Below, in pieces: positions 28,814-40,153 of a DNA stretch of 64,000 bases; position 1 is the first letter of the stretch, and each line of letters begins with the position of its first letter. Below the pieces are notes generated by a model. That model saw only the letters and a program-made list of their open reading frames with translations, made no database searches and had not been told where the DNA came from. The translations under genes and the position numbers were made by a program. The stretch is taken from assembly GCF_053078305.1 (NCBI RefSeq), contig NZ_CP166879.1; one strand, 5' to 3'.

Positions 28814-30112
28814 ATGGCTGAAAGTACTGTAACGGCAGACAGCAAACTGACAAGTAGTGATACACGTCGCCGCATTTGGGCGATTGTGGGGGCCTCTTCA
28901 GGTAATCTGGTCGAGTGGTTCGATTTCTATGTCTACTCGTTCTGTTCACTCTACTTTGCCCACATCTTCTTCCCTTCCGGGAACACGACGACTCAACTAC
29001 TACAAACAGCAGGTGTTTTTGCTGCGGGATTCCTCATGCGCCCAATAGGCGGTTGGCTATTTGGCCGCATAGCCGATAAACATGGTCGCAAAAAATCGAT
29101 GCTGCTATCGGTGTGTATGATGTGTTTCGGCTCACTGGTAATCGCCTGTTTGCCTGGTTATGAAACAATCGGTACGTGGGCTCCGGCATTATTGCTTCTC
29201 GCGCGTTTATTTCAGGGATTATCCGTTGGCGGAGAATATGGCACCAGCGCCACCTATATGAGTGAAGTTGCCGTTGAAGGGCGCAAAGGTTTTTACGCAT
29301 CATTTCAGTATGTGACGTTGATCGGCGGACAACTGCTAGCCCTACTGGTTGTCGTGGTTTTACAACACACCATGGAAGACGCTGCACTCAGAGAGTGGGG
29401 ATGGCGTATTCCTTTCGCGTTAGGAGCTGTGTTAGCTGTTGTGGCGTTGTGGTTACGTCGTCAGTTAGATGAAACTTCGCAACAAGAAACGCGCGCTTTA
29501 AAAGAAGCTGGATCTCTGAAAGGATTATGGCGCAATCGCCGTGCATTCATCATGGTTCTCGGTTTTACCGCTGCGGGCTCCCTTTGTTTCTATACCTTCA
29601 CCACTTATATGCAGAAGTATCTGGTAAATACTGCGGGAATGCATGCCAACGTGGCGAGTGGCATTATGACTGCCGCATTGTTTGTATTCATGCTTATTCA
29701 ACCACTCATTGGCGCGCTGTCGGATAAGATTGGTCGCCGTACCTCAATGTTATGTTTCGGTTCACTGGCAGCCATTTTTACCGTTCCTATTCTCTCAGCA
29801 TTGCAAAACGTTTCCTCGCCTTATGCCGCTTTTGGTCTGGTGATGTGTGCCCTGCTGATAGTGAGTTTTTATACATCAATCAGTGGAATACTGAAGGCTG
29901 AGATGTTCCCGGCACAGGTTCGCGCATTAGGCGTTGGTCTGTCATATGCGGTCGCTAATGCTATATTTGGTGGTTCGGCGGAGTACGTAGCGTTGTCGCT
30001 GAAATCAATAGGAATGGAAACAGCCTTCTTCTGGTATGTGACCTTGATGGCCGTGGTGGCGTTTCTGGTTTCTTTGATGCTACATCGCAAAGGGAAGGGG
30101 ATGCGTCTTTAG
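28814..30112 (+). CDS. kgtP: Alpha-ketoglutarate:proton symporter (MFS)
   Basis: [41 protein letters not shown]..., 432 aa from the internal ATG; the ORF track extends upstream to 28712. Confidence 0.93.
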
Positions 30113-30435
30113 TGACGGGTCAGTTGCCAGACGGTATAGCCGGTGCTTGCACCGGCGACATCCCAGGCCAAATCCTTCCAGCTCCAGCCGCTCCCTTCGG
30201 GGCGGCTATCCCAAAGCTCTTTTGACGCCCCCAAACTGACAGAGAACATCAATCCAAACATGGCACTGCGATCCCGGCTCATCCCCTGATGCTGTGAATA
30301 TTCATTTCCGGCGGCGGAAAGCATCGCCGAGGCGATAAAGTGTTGAGCTTTATCCTGCCCGCTCCAGCTATCGTTAGCCATATGGCTGCATCCAGAAAGT
30401 AACAATAGCGAACAGACAAAAAGAATACGCAAAAC
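30109..30435 (-). CDS. yfiM: Lipoprotein YfiM
   Basis: Lipobox LLSGCSHM; start uncertain (ORF track extends to 30453, which would overlap the pssA terminator). Confidence 0.75.
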
Positions 30436-30442
30436 GTGGCCT

Positions 30443-30473
30443 CCAAAAAACAAACCCCGTACAGGACGGGGTT
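30443..30473 (-). terminator. pssA rho-independent terminator
   Basis: Minus strand ACCCCGTCCTGTACGGGGT hairpin followed by TTTGTTTTTT. Confidence 0.8.
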
Positions 30474-30477
30474 GTGA

Positions 30478-31833
30478 TTACAGGATGCGGCTAATTAATC
30501 GGTCGATGCGGATACGGCGCAAACGGCGGATGAGTTTACGAACCTTCACCGGATAATCGGCAATACTTTGCAGATCGCGATAGTGCTTAACGATGGTGGT
30601 ATGCTCGCGGATCAGCTCCAGTTCTTTCTCTCGCTGCGGCGCAAGCTCCAGTTGTGGATCGTGGATCAAAATGGCGTTTTCCAGATCCAGACGCCAGGCG
30701 CGCGGGTTCAGGTTATTACCGGTGATCAACATCCACTTATCATCAACCCACATCCCTTTTAGGTGATAGGTGTTGTCGTCATCTTTCCATAACCGAACCA
30801 CTAGCTGGTCAGTATTGACGTAATACTGCAAACGGCTCAGGAAACGACGCAGATTGATCTCATAGAGATAAGGCAATGCGCCAATTATCTTGAAAGGTTC
30901 ATCTTCCGGAATGTAGAAGTCGTTCGCGGTTTTATCACCAACAATAATTTCGACCTTTTTCCCTTCGCGCAGCAACTGGATAATATTGCGCACAAGGATT
31001 GCTGGCAGGTTGAAGTATGGCGTACAGATGGTTAGTTTCTGCTCGGCACAAGGCATAAGATGGAAAATGGTCTTGTTCAACAGACTCGATTTCCCCAGCC
31101 CCACTAGCGGCGTTACGGAAAGCTGATCGTTGTCGGCATCGCCCTGGAAATGATAAGCGGCATCACGCAGCTCCTGGCGGAACAGACGAATATCGTTCTT
31201 GATTTCCGGGCTTTTTGGCCGATTAACATCATCCAGACGATTAACGCCGCGGCCATTCATAATATTCTGTGTAACCCATTCAAACATAATGTCTGACATC
31301 TTACGGTTACGGATAAGGTGATAACGGTCGTAGCGATATTTATCGTGCTGATGCAGGTAAACATCGTTCAGGCTGGCACCGCTATAAAGTACGCTATCGT
31401 CGATGATAAAGCCTTTAAAGTGCAGAACGCCAAGGGCTTCACGGGTATTGATTGGAACGCCATAAACTGGAACATCTACGCCCGGATTTTCCTGCGCCAT
31501 GCGGCAGTACCAGTCAGCGTTAGTGTTAGATGCCGCAGCGCCAATGCGTCCACGTTGTGCACGATGCCAGTCGACCAGCACCCGCACATCCAGTTCCGGA
31601 CGCTGCCTTTTAGCTTCATACAACGCGTTCAGAATGCCTTTGCCACCGTCATCCTGTTCGAGATACAGGGCGACAATGCAAATGCGCTGCTTCGCGCTGG
31701 CTATTTTTTCCAGCAGCGTCTCCCGGAAGTCGGCGGGAGCGTAAAAGAAATCGACATCATCAACTGATTGAGAAATCTTGGGTAGTTGGGCAAGGTGTTG
31801 TTGATGTTTATTACGCTTAAATTTTGACAACAT
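30478..31833 (-). CDS. pssA: CDP-diacylglycerol--serine O-phosphatidyltransferase (phosphatidylserine synthase)
   Basis: MLSKFKRNKHQQHLAQLPKISQSVDDVDFFYAP...; two PLD-like HKG motifs. Confidence 0.94.
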   Translation of the reverse strand: MLSKFKRNKHQQHLAQLPKISQSVDDVDFFYAPADFRETLLEKIASAKQRICIVALYLEQDDGGKGILNALYEAKRQRPELDVRVLVDWHRAQRGRIGAAASNTNADWYCRMAQENPGVDVPVYGVPINTREALGVLHFKGFIIDDSVLYSGASLNDVYLHQHDKYRYDRYHLIRNRKMSDIMFEWVTQNIMNGRGVNRLDDVNRPKSPEIKNDIRLFRQELRDAAYHFQGDADNDQLSVTPLVGLGKSSLLNKTIFHLMPCAEQKLTICTPYFNLPAILVRNIIQLLREGKKVEIIVGDKTANDFYIPEDEPFKIIGALPYLYEINLRRFLSRLQYYVNTDQLVVRLWKDDDNTYHLKGMWVDDKWMLITGNNLNPRAWRLDLENAILIHDPQLELAPQREKELELIREHTTIVKHYRDLQSIADYPVKVRKLIRRLRRIRIDRLISRIL

Positions 31834-31946
31834 CACAGTGCATTTCTTCTCTGTTCATTGAAGGGTCCTCTGTGCAATGCAGACGACATAAGCGGGCAAT
31901 AATAACACCAGTCCCGATTAAGTGGTCAACATTTCCAGTACCTTAC

Positions 31947-34607
31947 TCATGATTCCTCGCGCTGGGCAAGATTTAGCGTAAGCCCAACGATCCCCTCTTC
32001 GAGCTGGATATCAACGTTAAACCCGAGCTTGCGGGCCAGCGCCACCATGCCACGATTGTTTGGCATCGTAATACCATTCAGACGTTGTAGTCCGTGATCT
32101 CGCGTATAGGTAATCAACTTTTCCATTAAGCGTCGACCTAAGCCTAACCCTTTGAGATCCGAGCGAACCAGCACGGCAAATTCGGCATCGATGTTATCAG
32201 GGTCGGAGATCGCACGCGTGACGCCGAGGATCTCTTCCGTTTGATCAATACGTCGTACCGCTACAAACGCCATTTCCCGATCGTAGTCGATCTGCGTCAT
32301 GTTGGCTAAATCTTCATGGGTAAATTCGTTGATCTCGCTAAAGTAGCGGTAATAAAGATCTTCTTTGGTGACTCGCGAAATGAATTGCTGAAGTTGTGGC
32401 TCATCTTCTGGCAAAATCGGGCGGAACAAGCAGCGTTCACCGTTTTTCAATTCTACCCATTCTTCCAGCTGATGCGGATAAGGGCGCACTGCCAGCCGAC
32501 TCTCGTTATCGCCTTCAAACGGCGCGATATCCAGCGTGACATCCAGCGCGGTAAATTCACTGCCAGAAGCCAGCAAAGGATGAATATCCAGACGCTGAAT
32601 TTCCGGGCAATCGACAATCAAGTTGGAAACCTGCACCAGAAGCTGGCTCAAGCCTGCAACATCCAATGGGCGTAGCGCACTGCGCGCACGAATCTTTTTA
32701 CTTTTGATCCCCTGAATAACCAGATAGCGGGCCAGGTTCATATTCAGCGGCGGCAGTGCGACGACGGCTTGATCTTCAGGACGCCACTCCACACCGCCTT
32801 CACCCAGCATGATCAACGGCCCAAAAACCGGATCGTGCTCAACCACAACCCGCAACTCCTGAGCGCCAGCACGGTTAGCCATACTTTGCACCAACAGGCC
32901 GTGGACCCGCGCCTGCGGCCAGGTCATTTTTACGCGATCGAAAATAGCGTTTGCCGCTTGCTGGACTTCATTGGCTGTACGCAGGTACAGCATGACGCCC
33001 TGAACTTCCGATTTATGTGGAATATCCGGCGAACGCAATTTCAGCGCCACCGGATAACCAATCTGTTCGGCAATATGCACCGCTTCGGTGCTATCACTGG
33101 CAATCCAGGTAGGGAGCGTGTTCATGCCATACGCTTGCAGGATGGGCTGAACTTCATGGGTATCGAGCGACGTAGCCCCTTCGGCAATCGCCTGTTGCAA
33201 TAGAAGATGCGCTTTTGCGGTATTGGAAGTCAGATTGCTGGGCAACGCCGGCGTTTCGCGTAGTTGCTTCTGATTACGCCGGTACTCCACCATATGCATA
33301 AAAGCAGTGATGGTTCCTTCCGGGGTACGGTAGGTCGGCAGCCCGGCTTCGCTGAATAAACGTCGTGCCTCTTGCGAGGAGTGCTCGCCGCACCAGTTCG
33401 TCAGCAGAGAAACATACTTGCTGCGGGGATGATGCTTTACCGCTTCAATTAATGCTTGCGCACTTTCTGTTGCGGGAGCAGCGGCGCTGGGCGAATGAAT
33501 AACCATCAGCGCATCAAAATCCTGGCTATGGAGCAGAATGTCCAGCGTTTTGACATAATGCTCGCTGCTGGCGTCATCGCGCAGATCGAGCGGGTTAGAG
33601 ATTGCCACATGTCCTGGCAGTGCATCACGCAGTTTCTGGCAGGTTTCTTCGCTTAGTGTTGCCAGCTTGCCATTGCGTGACCATAAGGCATCCAGCGCCA
33701 GCGCGGCAGGCGCAGCACCGTTGCTGATAATCATCAACCGGTCGCCACGCAGCGGGCGCATATGGCTAAGGGTTTCTACCGCCGAAAACAGTTCGTGGGT
33801 GTCCTGTACCCGCAACAAACCGGCACGCTGAATAGCCGCATCCCATGCCGGGTCCATTCCTGCCGTCGTGTTGAGCAGTCGCTGTGCCGCCGGGCTACGT
33901 CCGCTTTTAATCACCAGAATCGGTTTATTACGCGAGGCACTACGGGCCGCCGAAACAAAGCGTCGCGCGTCGCTTAACTGTTCGAGATAGAGCAGGATGG
34001 CGCTGGTTTTACTGTCGCGTGCCAGATAGTCAAGCAATTCATCAACGTCGATATCCAGGCTGTCGCCGAGCGCAATAAAGTAGGAAAAGCCCATCTCACG
34101 CTGTTGCGCCCAGTCGAGGATGGTGTTGGAGACGGCAGCCGATTGTGAAATAAACGCCAGCTTGCCGCGTTTAATAGGTACCGGCGAAAAGCTGGCATTC
34201 AGACCTTGCCAGGGAGCCAGTAAACCCAGACTGTTTGGTCCAAGCAGGCGCATGTTATGGCGCAGGGCGCAGGCGCGGAGATCTTCGTGTTGCGATGCCG
34301 GGGCGGAAAGAATAATGCAGGTTTTACAGCCTTTCTCGCCGAGCTCTTCCAGAAGAGCAAGATTACGGCTGGCATTGGTACATAAAACCGCAAGGTCGGG
34401 TGTAAAGGGCAAGCTGGCAATATCCGGCCAGGCCAACACACCCAACACCGCTTTCCAGGCTGGCGTCACCGGGAGTACCGGTCCGTTAAAGCCTCCCGCC
34501 AGCAGGTTACGCATCATCAGGTAACCTGCGCGATTGGGTTTCATCGACGCGCCAATTACCGCTATCGATTTTGGTCGCAGTAGTGCTTCCAGTCCTCGCT
34601 GACTCAT
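31947..34607 (-). CDS. patZ: Protein lysine acetyltransferase PatZ/Pka (YfiQ): NDP-forming acyl-CoA synthetase-like region plus C-terminal GNAT
   Basis: 886-aa ORF MSQRGLEALLRPKSIAVIGAS... with C-terminal GNAT-like domain. Confidence 0.93.
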   Translation of the reverse strand: MSQRGLEALLRPKSIAVIGASMKPNRAGYLMMRNLLAGGFNGPVLPVTPAWKAVLGVLAWPDIASLPFTPDLAVLCTNASRNLALLEELGEKGCKTCIILSAPASQHEDLRACALRHNMRLLGPNSLGLLAPWQGLNASFSPVPIKRGKLAFISQSAAVSNTILDWAQQREMGFSYFIALGDSLDIDVDELLDYLARDSKTSAILLYLEQLSDARRFVSAARSASRNKPILVIKSGRSPAAQRLLNTTAGMDPAWDAAIQRAGLLRVQDTHELFSAVETLSHMRPLRGDRLMIISNGAAPAALALDALWSRNGKLATLSEETCQKLRDALPGHVAISNPLDLRDDASSEHYVKTLDILLHSQDFDALMVIHSPSAAAPATESAQALIEAVKHHPRSKYVSLLTNWCGEHSSQEARRLFSEAGLPTYRTPEGTITAFMHMVEYRRNQKQLRETPALPSNLTSNTAKAHLLLQQAIAEGATSLDTHEVQPILQAYGMNTLPTWIASDSTEAVHIAEQIGYPVALKLRSPDIPHKSEVQGVMLYLRTANEVQQAANAIFDRVKMTWPQARVHGLLVQSMANRAGAQELRVVVEHDPVFGPLIMLGEGGVEWRPEDQAVVALPPLNMNLARYLVIQGIKSKKIRARSALRPLDVAGLSQLLVQVSNLIVDCPEIQRLDIHPLLASGSEFTALDVTLDIAPFEGDNESRLAVRPYPHQLEEWVELKNGERCLFRPILPEDEPQLQQFISRVTKEDLYYRYFSEINEFTHEDLANMTQIDYDREMAFVAVRRIDQTEEILGVTRAISDPDNIDAEFAVLVRSDLKGLGLGRRLMEKLITYTRDHGLQRLNGITMPNNRGMVALARKLGFNVDIQLEEGIVGLTLNLAQREES

Positions 34608-34638
34608 ACCGGTCTCCCGCAGAAGTGACCGAATGATT

Positions 34639-35337
34639 TTAAACGCTTTCTAACTGTTCTGCTGTGATGCTACCCAGATGTTGCGTTTTTCCTGCCAGAT
34701 AGCGTGTTTTAAAGCGGGTAAAATGCTCGCCTAACCCTGCTGCCGCCCCGGTATCGCCGGCCATATCTAACAGTGCGATGGCTACCTCGGCAGTACAATA
34801 TTGGCCTTCAGCCTGGGCTTCACGCAGGCGATAGGCAGAAAGCCGGGAAAGATCGACGGAAATGACGGGAAGATTATCCAGATACGGACTTTTACGAAAC
34901 ATCTTGCGAGCTTCCGGCCAGGTACCATCGAGCATGATAAACAGCGGTGGCTTACCGGCAGGTGGTGTGAAGATCACTTCCCGTTGCTCATCAGCATACG
35001 AGGCGGGAAAGACCACCATTGGCTGATAATCCGGGTTTTGTACCAGATCCAGCAAATCCTGCGAGGGTTCGGTACGCGACCATTGAAACGCAACGGTATC
35101 AGGCAAAATATCAGCAATCAGACGCCCGGTATTACTGGGCTTCATTGGCTCGGTGTCGAACATCAGCAAACAGAAGCGACTTTTTGCTTCCGCTGGCGTG
35201 ATTGTTGAACAGAGACATAATTTCTCTGGCAAAAGACAGCGTTGGCAGCGACGAACGCGATTACCGCGGGCAAGAAAAGGACGTGTTGCGCGCGCAATAC
35301 GTTCGGCGCGTAACTGGAGAACAGCGTTTTCGGTCAT
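34639..35337 (-). CDS. tapT: tRNA-uridine aminocarboxypropyltransferase (DTW domain protein YfiP)
   Basis: MTENAVLQLRAERIARATRPFLARG..., DTW motif in MLDGTWPEARKM; start at the internal Met (ORF track extends to 35388). Confidence 0.85.
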   Translation of the reverse strand: MTENAVLQLRAERIARATRPFLARGNRVRRCQRCLLPEKLCLCSTITPAEAKSRFCLLMFDTEPMKPSNTGRLIADILPDTVAFQWSRTEPSQDLLDLVQNPDYQPMVVFPASYADEQREVIFTPPAGKPPLFIMLDGTWPEARKMFRKSPYLDNLPVISVDLSRLSAYRLREAQAEGQYCTAEVAIALLDMAGDTGAAAGLGEHFTRFKTRYLAGKTQHLGSITAEQLESV

Positions 35338-35405
35338 AAGAGAGCGTCGAAAAAACGCCATTGTCGCAGAGGAGAAAACGGGGCACAAGATGCGCCCCGG
35401 TAAGA

Positions 35406-35825
35406 TTAAAGAGATTCGTTCAACCAGCTGTCGAACGGCGCTTTCGGCACTGCGCCATTAAGCATGTCGACAACCTGACCGTTTTTGAAAATCATGATCG
35501 TCGGAATACTGCGAATACCAAAGCGGCTGCTTAATTCACGTTCAGCTTCGGTATTCACTTTCACAAAGCGCACTTTACCGCTACGCTCTTGCGCGACATC
35601 TTCAAAAATTGGTGCGAAATTACGGCAGGGGCCGCACCACGGTGCCCAGAAGTCGATCACCACTGGTAGATCATCTTTCAGCAATTTGTCGAGCGTTTCA
35701 CCGGTCGCATTAATCACCTCTCCGTCAAACAAGTCGTGACCGCAGCGTCCGCATTTTGCCGCATCTTCGATCCGATCGTCGGGAATGCGATTGATGGCCT
35801 GACAATGGGTACAAACGGTATTCAT
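35406..35825 (-). CDS. trxC: Thioredoxin 2
   Basis: 139-aa ORF with N-terminal zinc-finger CxxC pairs and WCGPC active site. Confidence 0.95.
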
Positions 35826-36031
35826 AACTAACCTCGGGATGAGTAAGGAGACTTATCGGCAACGACGCCGGTATGTTTCTAATATGTTACATATTATCGG
35901 GGACATTGTTCTAGACAACAATCTGTTTTATTCAATAGGTATGATAGTCGCAGGCTTTGGTACGAAATCATGGCGAACCGCGCGGACTTCGGGTAATCTG
36001 CGCGCTTCGCGCAGCGCTGGTGGAGAAAAGC

Positions 36032-37069
36032 ATGAACGATGAAATGAAAGGTAAAAGCGGCAAGGTCAAAGTGATGTATGTCCGCAGTGATGATGATTCT
36101 GATAAACGTACCCACAACCCGCGTACCGGGAAAGGGGGCGGGCGTCCAGGAAAATCTCGTGCTGACGGTGGCCGTCGCCCCGCCCGCGATGACAAACAGA
36201 GTCAGCCCCGTGACCGCAAGTGGGAAGAGTCGCCGTGGCGCACGGTTTCCCGCGCGCCGGGTGATGAGACGCCGGAAAAGGCCGATCACGGTGGTATCAG
36301 TGGTAAAAGTTTTATTGATCCGGAAGTGTTGCGTCGTCAGCGTGCGGAAGAAACCCGCGTCTACGGCGAAAATGCATGTCAGGCACTGTTCCAGAGCCGT
36401 CCGGAAGCGATTGTTCGCGCCTGGTTTATCCAGAGCGTAACGCCACGTTTTAAAGAAGCCTTGCGCTGGATGGCGGCAAACCGCAAAGCGTACCATGTGG
36501 TGGATGAAGCGGAATTGACAAAAGCGTCAGGCACGGAACATCACGGCGGCGTTTGCTTCCTGATCAAAAAGCGTAATGGCACAACCGTGCAGCAGTGGGT
36601 AAGCCAGGCAGGTGCGCAGGATTGCGTTCTGGCACTGGAAAACGAATCTAACCCGCATAACCTGGGTGGCATGATGCGCAGCTGCGCGCACTTCGGCGTG
36701 AAAGGCGTTGTGGTGCAGGATGCGGCACTGCTGGAGTCGGGTGCGGCTATCCGTACCGCAGAAGGCGGCGCAGAACACGTTCAGCCGATTACTGGCGACA
36801 ACATTGTTAACGTGCTGGATGATTTCCGTCAGGCGGGTTACACCGTAGTGACAACTTCCAGCGAGCAGGGTAAACCGCTGTTCAAAACCAGCCTGCCAGC
36901 GAAAATGGTACTGGTGCTGGGTCAGGAATATGAAGGGTTACCGGATGCCGCACGCGATCCGAACGATCTGCGCGTGAAGATTGACGGTACGGGCAACGTT
37001 GCCGGGCTGAATATCTCTGTTGCAACAGGCGTTTTGCTTGGTGAATGGTGGCGTCAGAATAAAGCCTGA
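36032..37069 (+). CDS. yfiF: SpoU/TrmH-family RNA 2-prime-O-methyltransferase YfiF with basic low-complexity N-terminus
   Basis: [40 protein letters not shown]...; 345 aa from the ATG at 36032. Confidence 0.88.
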   Translation: MNDEMKGKSGKVKVMYVRSDDDSDKRTHNPRTGKGGGRPGKSRADGGRRPARDDKQSQPRDRKWEESPWRTVSRAPGDETPEKADHGGISGKSFIDPEVLRRQRAEETRVYGENACQALFQSRPEAIVRAWFIQSVTPRFKEALRWMAANRKAYHVVDEAELTKASGTEHHGGVCFLIKKRNGTTVQQWVSQAGAQDCVLALENESNPHNLGGMMRSCAHFGVKGVVVQDAALLESGAAIRTAEGGAEHVQPITGDNIVNVLDDFRQAGYTVVTTSSEQGKPLFKTSLPAKMVLVLGQEYEGLPDAARDPNDLRVKIDGTGNVAGLNISVATGVLLGEWWRQNKA

Positions 37070-37116
37070 TAAATCAGCCGGGTGGCAACTCTGCCATCCG
37101 GCATTTTCCCGCAAAT

Positions 37117-37806
37117 TTACTCACTCTCTGCCGGTAATACTGGCATCCAGTCAATCGGCGTCTCGCCATGTTGTTCCAGCCACTGATTTGCCAGCACAAA
37201 ATGGTTACAGCCAAAGAATCCACGATGCGCAGAAAGCGGTGACGGATGCGGTGCTTTCAGTACGTGATGGCGTTGCTTATCTATAATCGCCCCTTTCTTT
37301 TGCGCATGCGATCCCCACAACAAAAACACCACGCCTTCGCGATGCTGGTTAATCAGGCTGATTACTTTATCGGTGAAGGTTTCCCAGCCGAGGCTGGCGT
37401 GGGAATGCGCCTGACCTGCGCGTACCGTCAACACAGTATTGAGTAGCAGAACGCCCTGACGCGCCCAGCTTTCAAGATAACCATGATTAGGGCGGGTGAA
37501 GCCCGGAATAGTATTTTCCAGCTCTTTATACATATTCAGCAGTGACGGAGGAGTGGCGATTCCGGGGCGAACGGAAAATGCCAGCCCATGCGCCTGTCCC
37601 GGTCCGTGATAAGGATCCTGGCCGAGAATCACCACTTTAACGTCACCCAACTCGGTAAAGCGGAACGCGTTAAAGACATCTTTTTGTGGTGGATAGATAG
37701 TGACGCCGGACTGCCGCTCGCTGGCGACGGTCTGAAGGGTATTAAGAAAATAGGGTTGCTGCTTCTCTTCAGCCAGCACGTCATGCCAGGTTAATTCGTT
37801 AGCCAT
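37117..37806 (-). CDS. ung: Uracil-DNA glycosylase
   Basis: 229-aa [28 protein letters not shown]... with [18 protein letters not shown] motif. Confidence 0.96.
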   Translation of the reverse strand: MANELTWHDVLAEEKQQPYFLNTLQTVASERQSGVTIYPPQKDVFNAFRFTELGDVKVVILGQDPYHGPGQAHGLAFSVRPGIATPPSLLNMYKELENTIPGFTRPNHGYLESWARQGVLLLNTVLTVRAGQAHSHASLGWETFTDKVISLINQHREGVVFLLWGSHAQKKGAIIDKQRHHVLKAPHPSPLSAHRGFFGCNHFVLANQWLEQHGETPIDWMPVLPAESE

Positions 37807-37989
37807 CTCGCTCTCCTGCGAATCTTCAATCCGCCTAGCTTAACTGCTTCTTTCTACAGAACAAAATCATGCTCATTTTTTAGACTTAAACGAGTGCAAA
37901 AAAATGTAAATTGGTAAAATTTCACACCCGCATAAGTTGATGTAAAACAATAAAATCCATTTGCGACCACAATCGATGTGTGGTTTTTG

Positions 37990-38003
37990 TTGATTTAAAT
38001 CAA
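37990..38003. promoter_or_regulatory. FNR binding site upstream of grcA
   Basis: Perfect TTGAT-TTAA-ATCAA palindrome. Confidence 0.8.
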
Positions 38004-38110
38004 AGAATCAAGGGGGTTTGAGGAGTATATATACACTCAAGCAACAATGGTTTTACCAATTGGCCGCGACAGGCTGAACAAATCAAATAATTTTGCCGGG
38101 GAGGCATCAC

Positions 38111-38494
38111 ATGATTACAGGTATCCAGATTACTAAAGCCGCTAACGACGATCTGCTGAACTCTTTCTGGCTGCTGGACAGCGAAAAAGGCGAAGCACGT
38201 TGCATCGTTGCGAAAGCAGGTTTTGCAGAAGACGAAGTGGTTGCAGTAAGCAAACTGGGTGACATTGAGTACCGTGAAGTTCCAGTAGAAGTGAAACCAG
38301 AAGTTCGCGTTGAAGGTGGTCAGCACCTGAACGTTAACGTTCTGCGTCGTGAAACTCTGGAAGATGCAGTTAAGCATCCGGAAAAATATCCGCAGCTGAC
38401 CATCCGTGTATCCGGTTATGCAGTTCGCTTTAACTCTCTGACTCCGGAACAGCAGCGCGACGTTATCGCTCGTACCTTTACTGAAAGCCTGTAA
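38111..38494 (+). CDS. grcA: Autonomous glycyl radical cofactor GrcA (YfiD)
   Basis: [38 protein letters not shown]... with glycyl-radical motif RVSGYAVRF. Confidence 0.95.
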
Positions 38495-38514
38495 GGCTTA
38501 AGTAGCAAGTTACT

Positions 38515-38548
38515 AAGCGGAAGAGGGCGACCTCTTCCGCTTTTTTTC
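38515..38548. terminator. Bidirectional terminator between convergent grcA and eamB
   Basis: GCGGAAGAGGGCGACCTCTTCCGC hairpin followed by TTTTTTT. Confidence 0.85.
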
Positions 38549-38549
38549 A

Positions 38550-39137
38550 TTAATAGAAAATGCGTACCGCGCAATAGATCAGTAGCAGCGCCAGCACGAT
38601 ATTTAACTGGCGACCATACTGGCGAAACAATCGCTGAAACAGATGCCCCGCCAGCGCCCAGCACACATTACCAAACGTCCCAATCATTGCCAGCAAAACG
38701 CTGACGCCAACTACCCAGCTTAACGCCTGTGTTTGCGGCAGAACAAATGTCGACAGTGCCGTAACACCGTACAAAATGATTTTGACGTTCACAAACTGCA
38801 AAGCAAAGCTGGCCCAAAAACTGATTGGTTTTGTCTGAAGCCCGTCTTCCTTTGTTGGACTGGTAGCGATTTTCCACGCCAGCCAGACAATATATGCCGC
38901 CCCCGCCCAACTCAACAGATGCACAGCTGCCGGGTCGATAACAGCCAGTGAAAACGAAATGCCCGCACACAGCAACATGACGATTAAAAATCCCAGACTC
39001 ATCCCTGCCAGCACGCGGGTACTCTGATGAAATCCGTGCGTTGTGGCTGAGCTAAGGGCGAGAATATTGTTCGGTCCTGGCGTCATGGCGGTAATCAGGG
39101 TGTAAGTCCAAAAAGCACTTAAAAGGGTCGGTGTCAC
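38550..39137 (-). CDS. eamB: Cysteine/O-acetylserine exporter EamB (YfiK), LysE family
   Basis: 195-aa polytopic membrane ORF MTPTLLSAFWTYTLITAMTPGPNNILALSSA... Confidence 0.93.
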   Translation of the reverse strand: MTPTLLSAFWTYTLITAMTPGPNNILALSSATTHGFHQSTRVLAGMSLGFLIVMLLCAGISFSLAVIDPAAVHLLSWAGAAYIVWLAWKIATSPTKEDGLQTKPISFWASFALQFVNVKIILYGVTALSTFVLPQTQALSWVVGVSVLLAMIGTFGNVCWALAGHLFQRLFRQYGRQLNIVLALLLIYCAVRIFY

Positions 39138-39239
39138 TTGTTATCTCCTCTGTTTTGGTAGACAGTACCCGACACGGAATATTTAAAAAAATGAATGTTT
39201 TTACATTCTAAATTCGATATTTTCGATAGGTTTGGGGTT

Positions 39240-40121
39240 ATGGATCTGCGCCGTTTTATTACGCTTAAAACCGTGGTGGAAGAGGGTTCCTTTTTGCGAG
39301 CTTCGCAAAAATTGTGCTGTACACAATCGACGGTGACTTTTCATATTCAGCAGCTTGAGCAGGAGTTCTCAGTCCAGTTATTTGAGAAAATTGGCCGACG
39401 GATGTGCCTCACTCGCGAAGGTAAAAAGCTGCTGCCGCACATTTATGAACTCACCAGAGTGATGGATACCCTTCGTGAGGCTGCCAAAAAGGAGTCGGAT
39501 CCAGACGGGGAACTACGCGTTGTTTCGGGCGAAACGTTGCTCTCTTACCGAATGCCGCAGGTGTTGCAGCGTTTTCGGCAACGCGCCCCAAAAGTGCGTT
39601 TATCGTTGCAGTCTCTGAACTGTTACGTGATCCGTGATGCGCTATTGAATGATGAGGCCGATGTCGGGGTTTTTTATCGCGTAGGGAATGATGATGCCCT
39701 GAACCGACGAGAATTGGGTGATCAATCGCTGGTGCTGGTAGCTTCACCGCAAATTGCAGATGTCGATTTTACTGAGCCGGGAAGACATAACGCCTGTAGC
39801 TTTATTATCAACGAACCGCAATGTGTATTCCGGCAGATATTTGAGAGCACGCTGCGCCAGCGGCGGATCACGGTGGAAAATACCATTGAGCTGTTAAGCA
39901 TTGAAAGTATCAAACGTTGTGTCGCGGCGAATATCGGTGTCAGTTACTTGCCCCGCTTTGCGGTGGAAAAAGAGCTTGAGAGCGGAGAATTAATTGAATT
40001 GCCTTTTGGCGAACACTCGCAGACCATTACGGCAATGTGCGCTCACCATGCCGGAAAAGCGGTTAGCCCGGCGATGCACACTTTTATTCAGTGTGTTGAA
40101 GATTGTTTTTTGCCGGGATAA
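39240..40121 (+). CDS. yfiE: LysR-family transcriptional regulator YfiE
   Basis: MDLRRFITLKTVVEEGSFLRASQKLCCTQSTVTFHIQQLE... HTH; 293 aa from the internal ATG. Confidence 0.9.
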   Translation: MDLRRFITLKTVVEEGSFLRASQKLCCTQSTVTFHIQQLEQEFSVQLFEKIGRRMCLTREGKKLLPHIYELTRVMDTLREAAKKESDPDGELRVVSGETLLSYRMPQVLQRFRQRAPKVRLSLQSLNCYVIRDALLNDEADVGVFYRVGNDDALNRRELGDQSLVLVASPQIADVDFTEPGRHNACSFIINEPQCVFRQIFESTLRQRRITVENTIELLSIESIKRCVAANIGVSYLPRFAVEKELESGELIELPFGEHSQTITAMCAHHAGKAVSPAMHTFIQCVEDCFLPG

Positions 40122-40150
40122 AAATAATGCCGGGCTTAAACCCGGCATTG
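40115..40150 (-). terminator. srmB rho-independent terminator
   Basis: Minus strand AATGCCGGGTTTAAGCCCGGCATT hairpin followed by ATTTTTAT. Confidence 0.7.
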
Positions 40151-40153
40151 AGA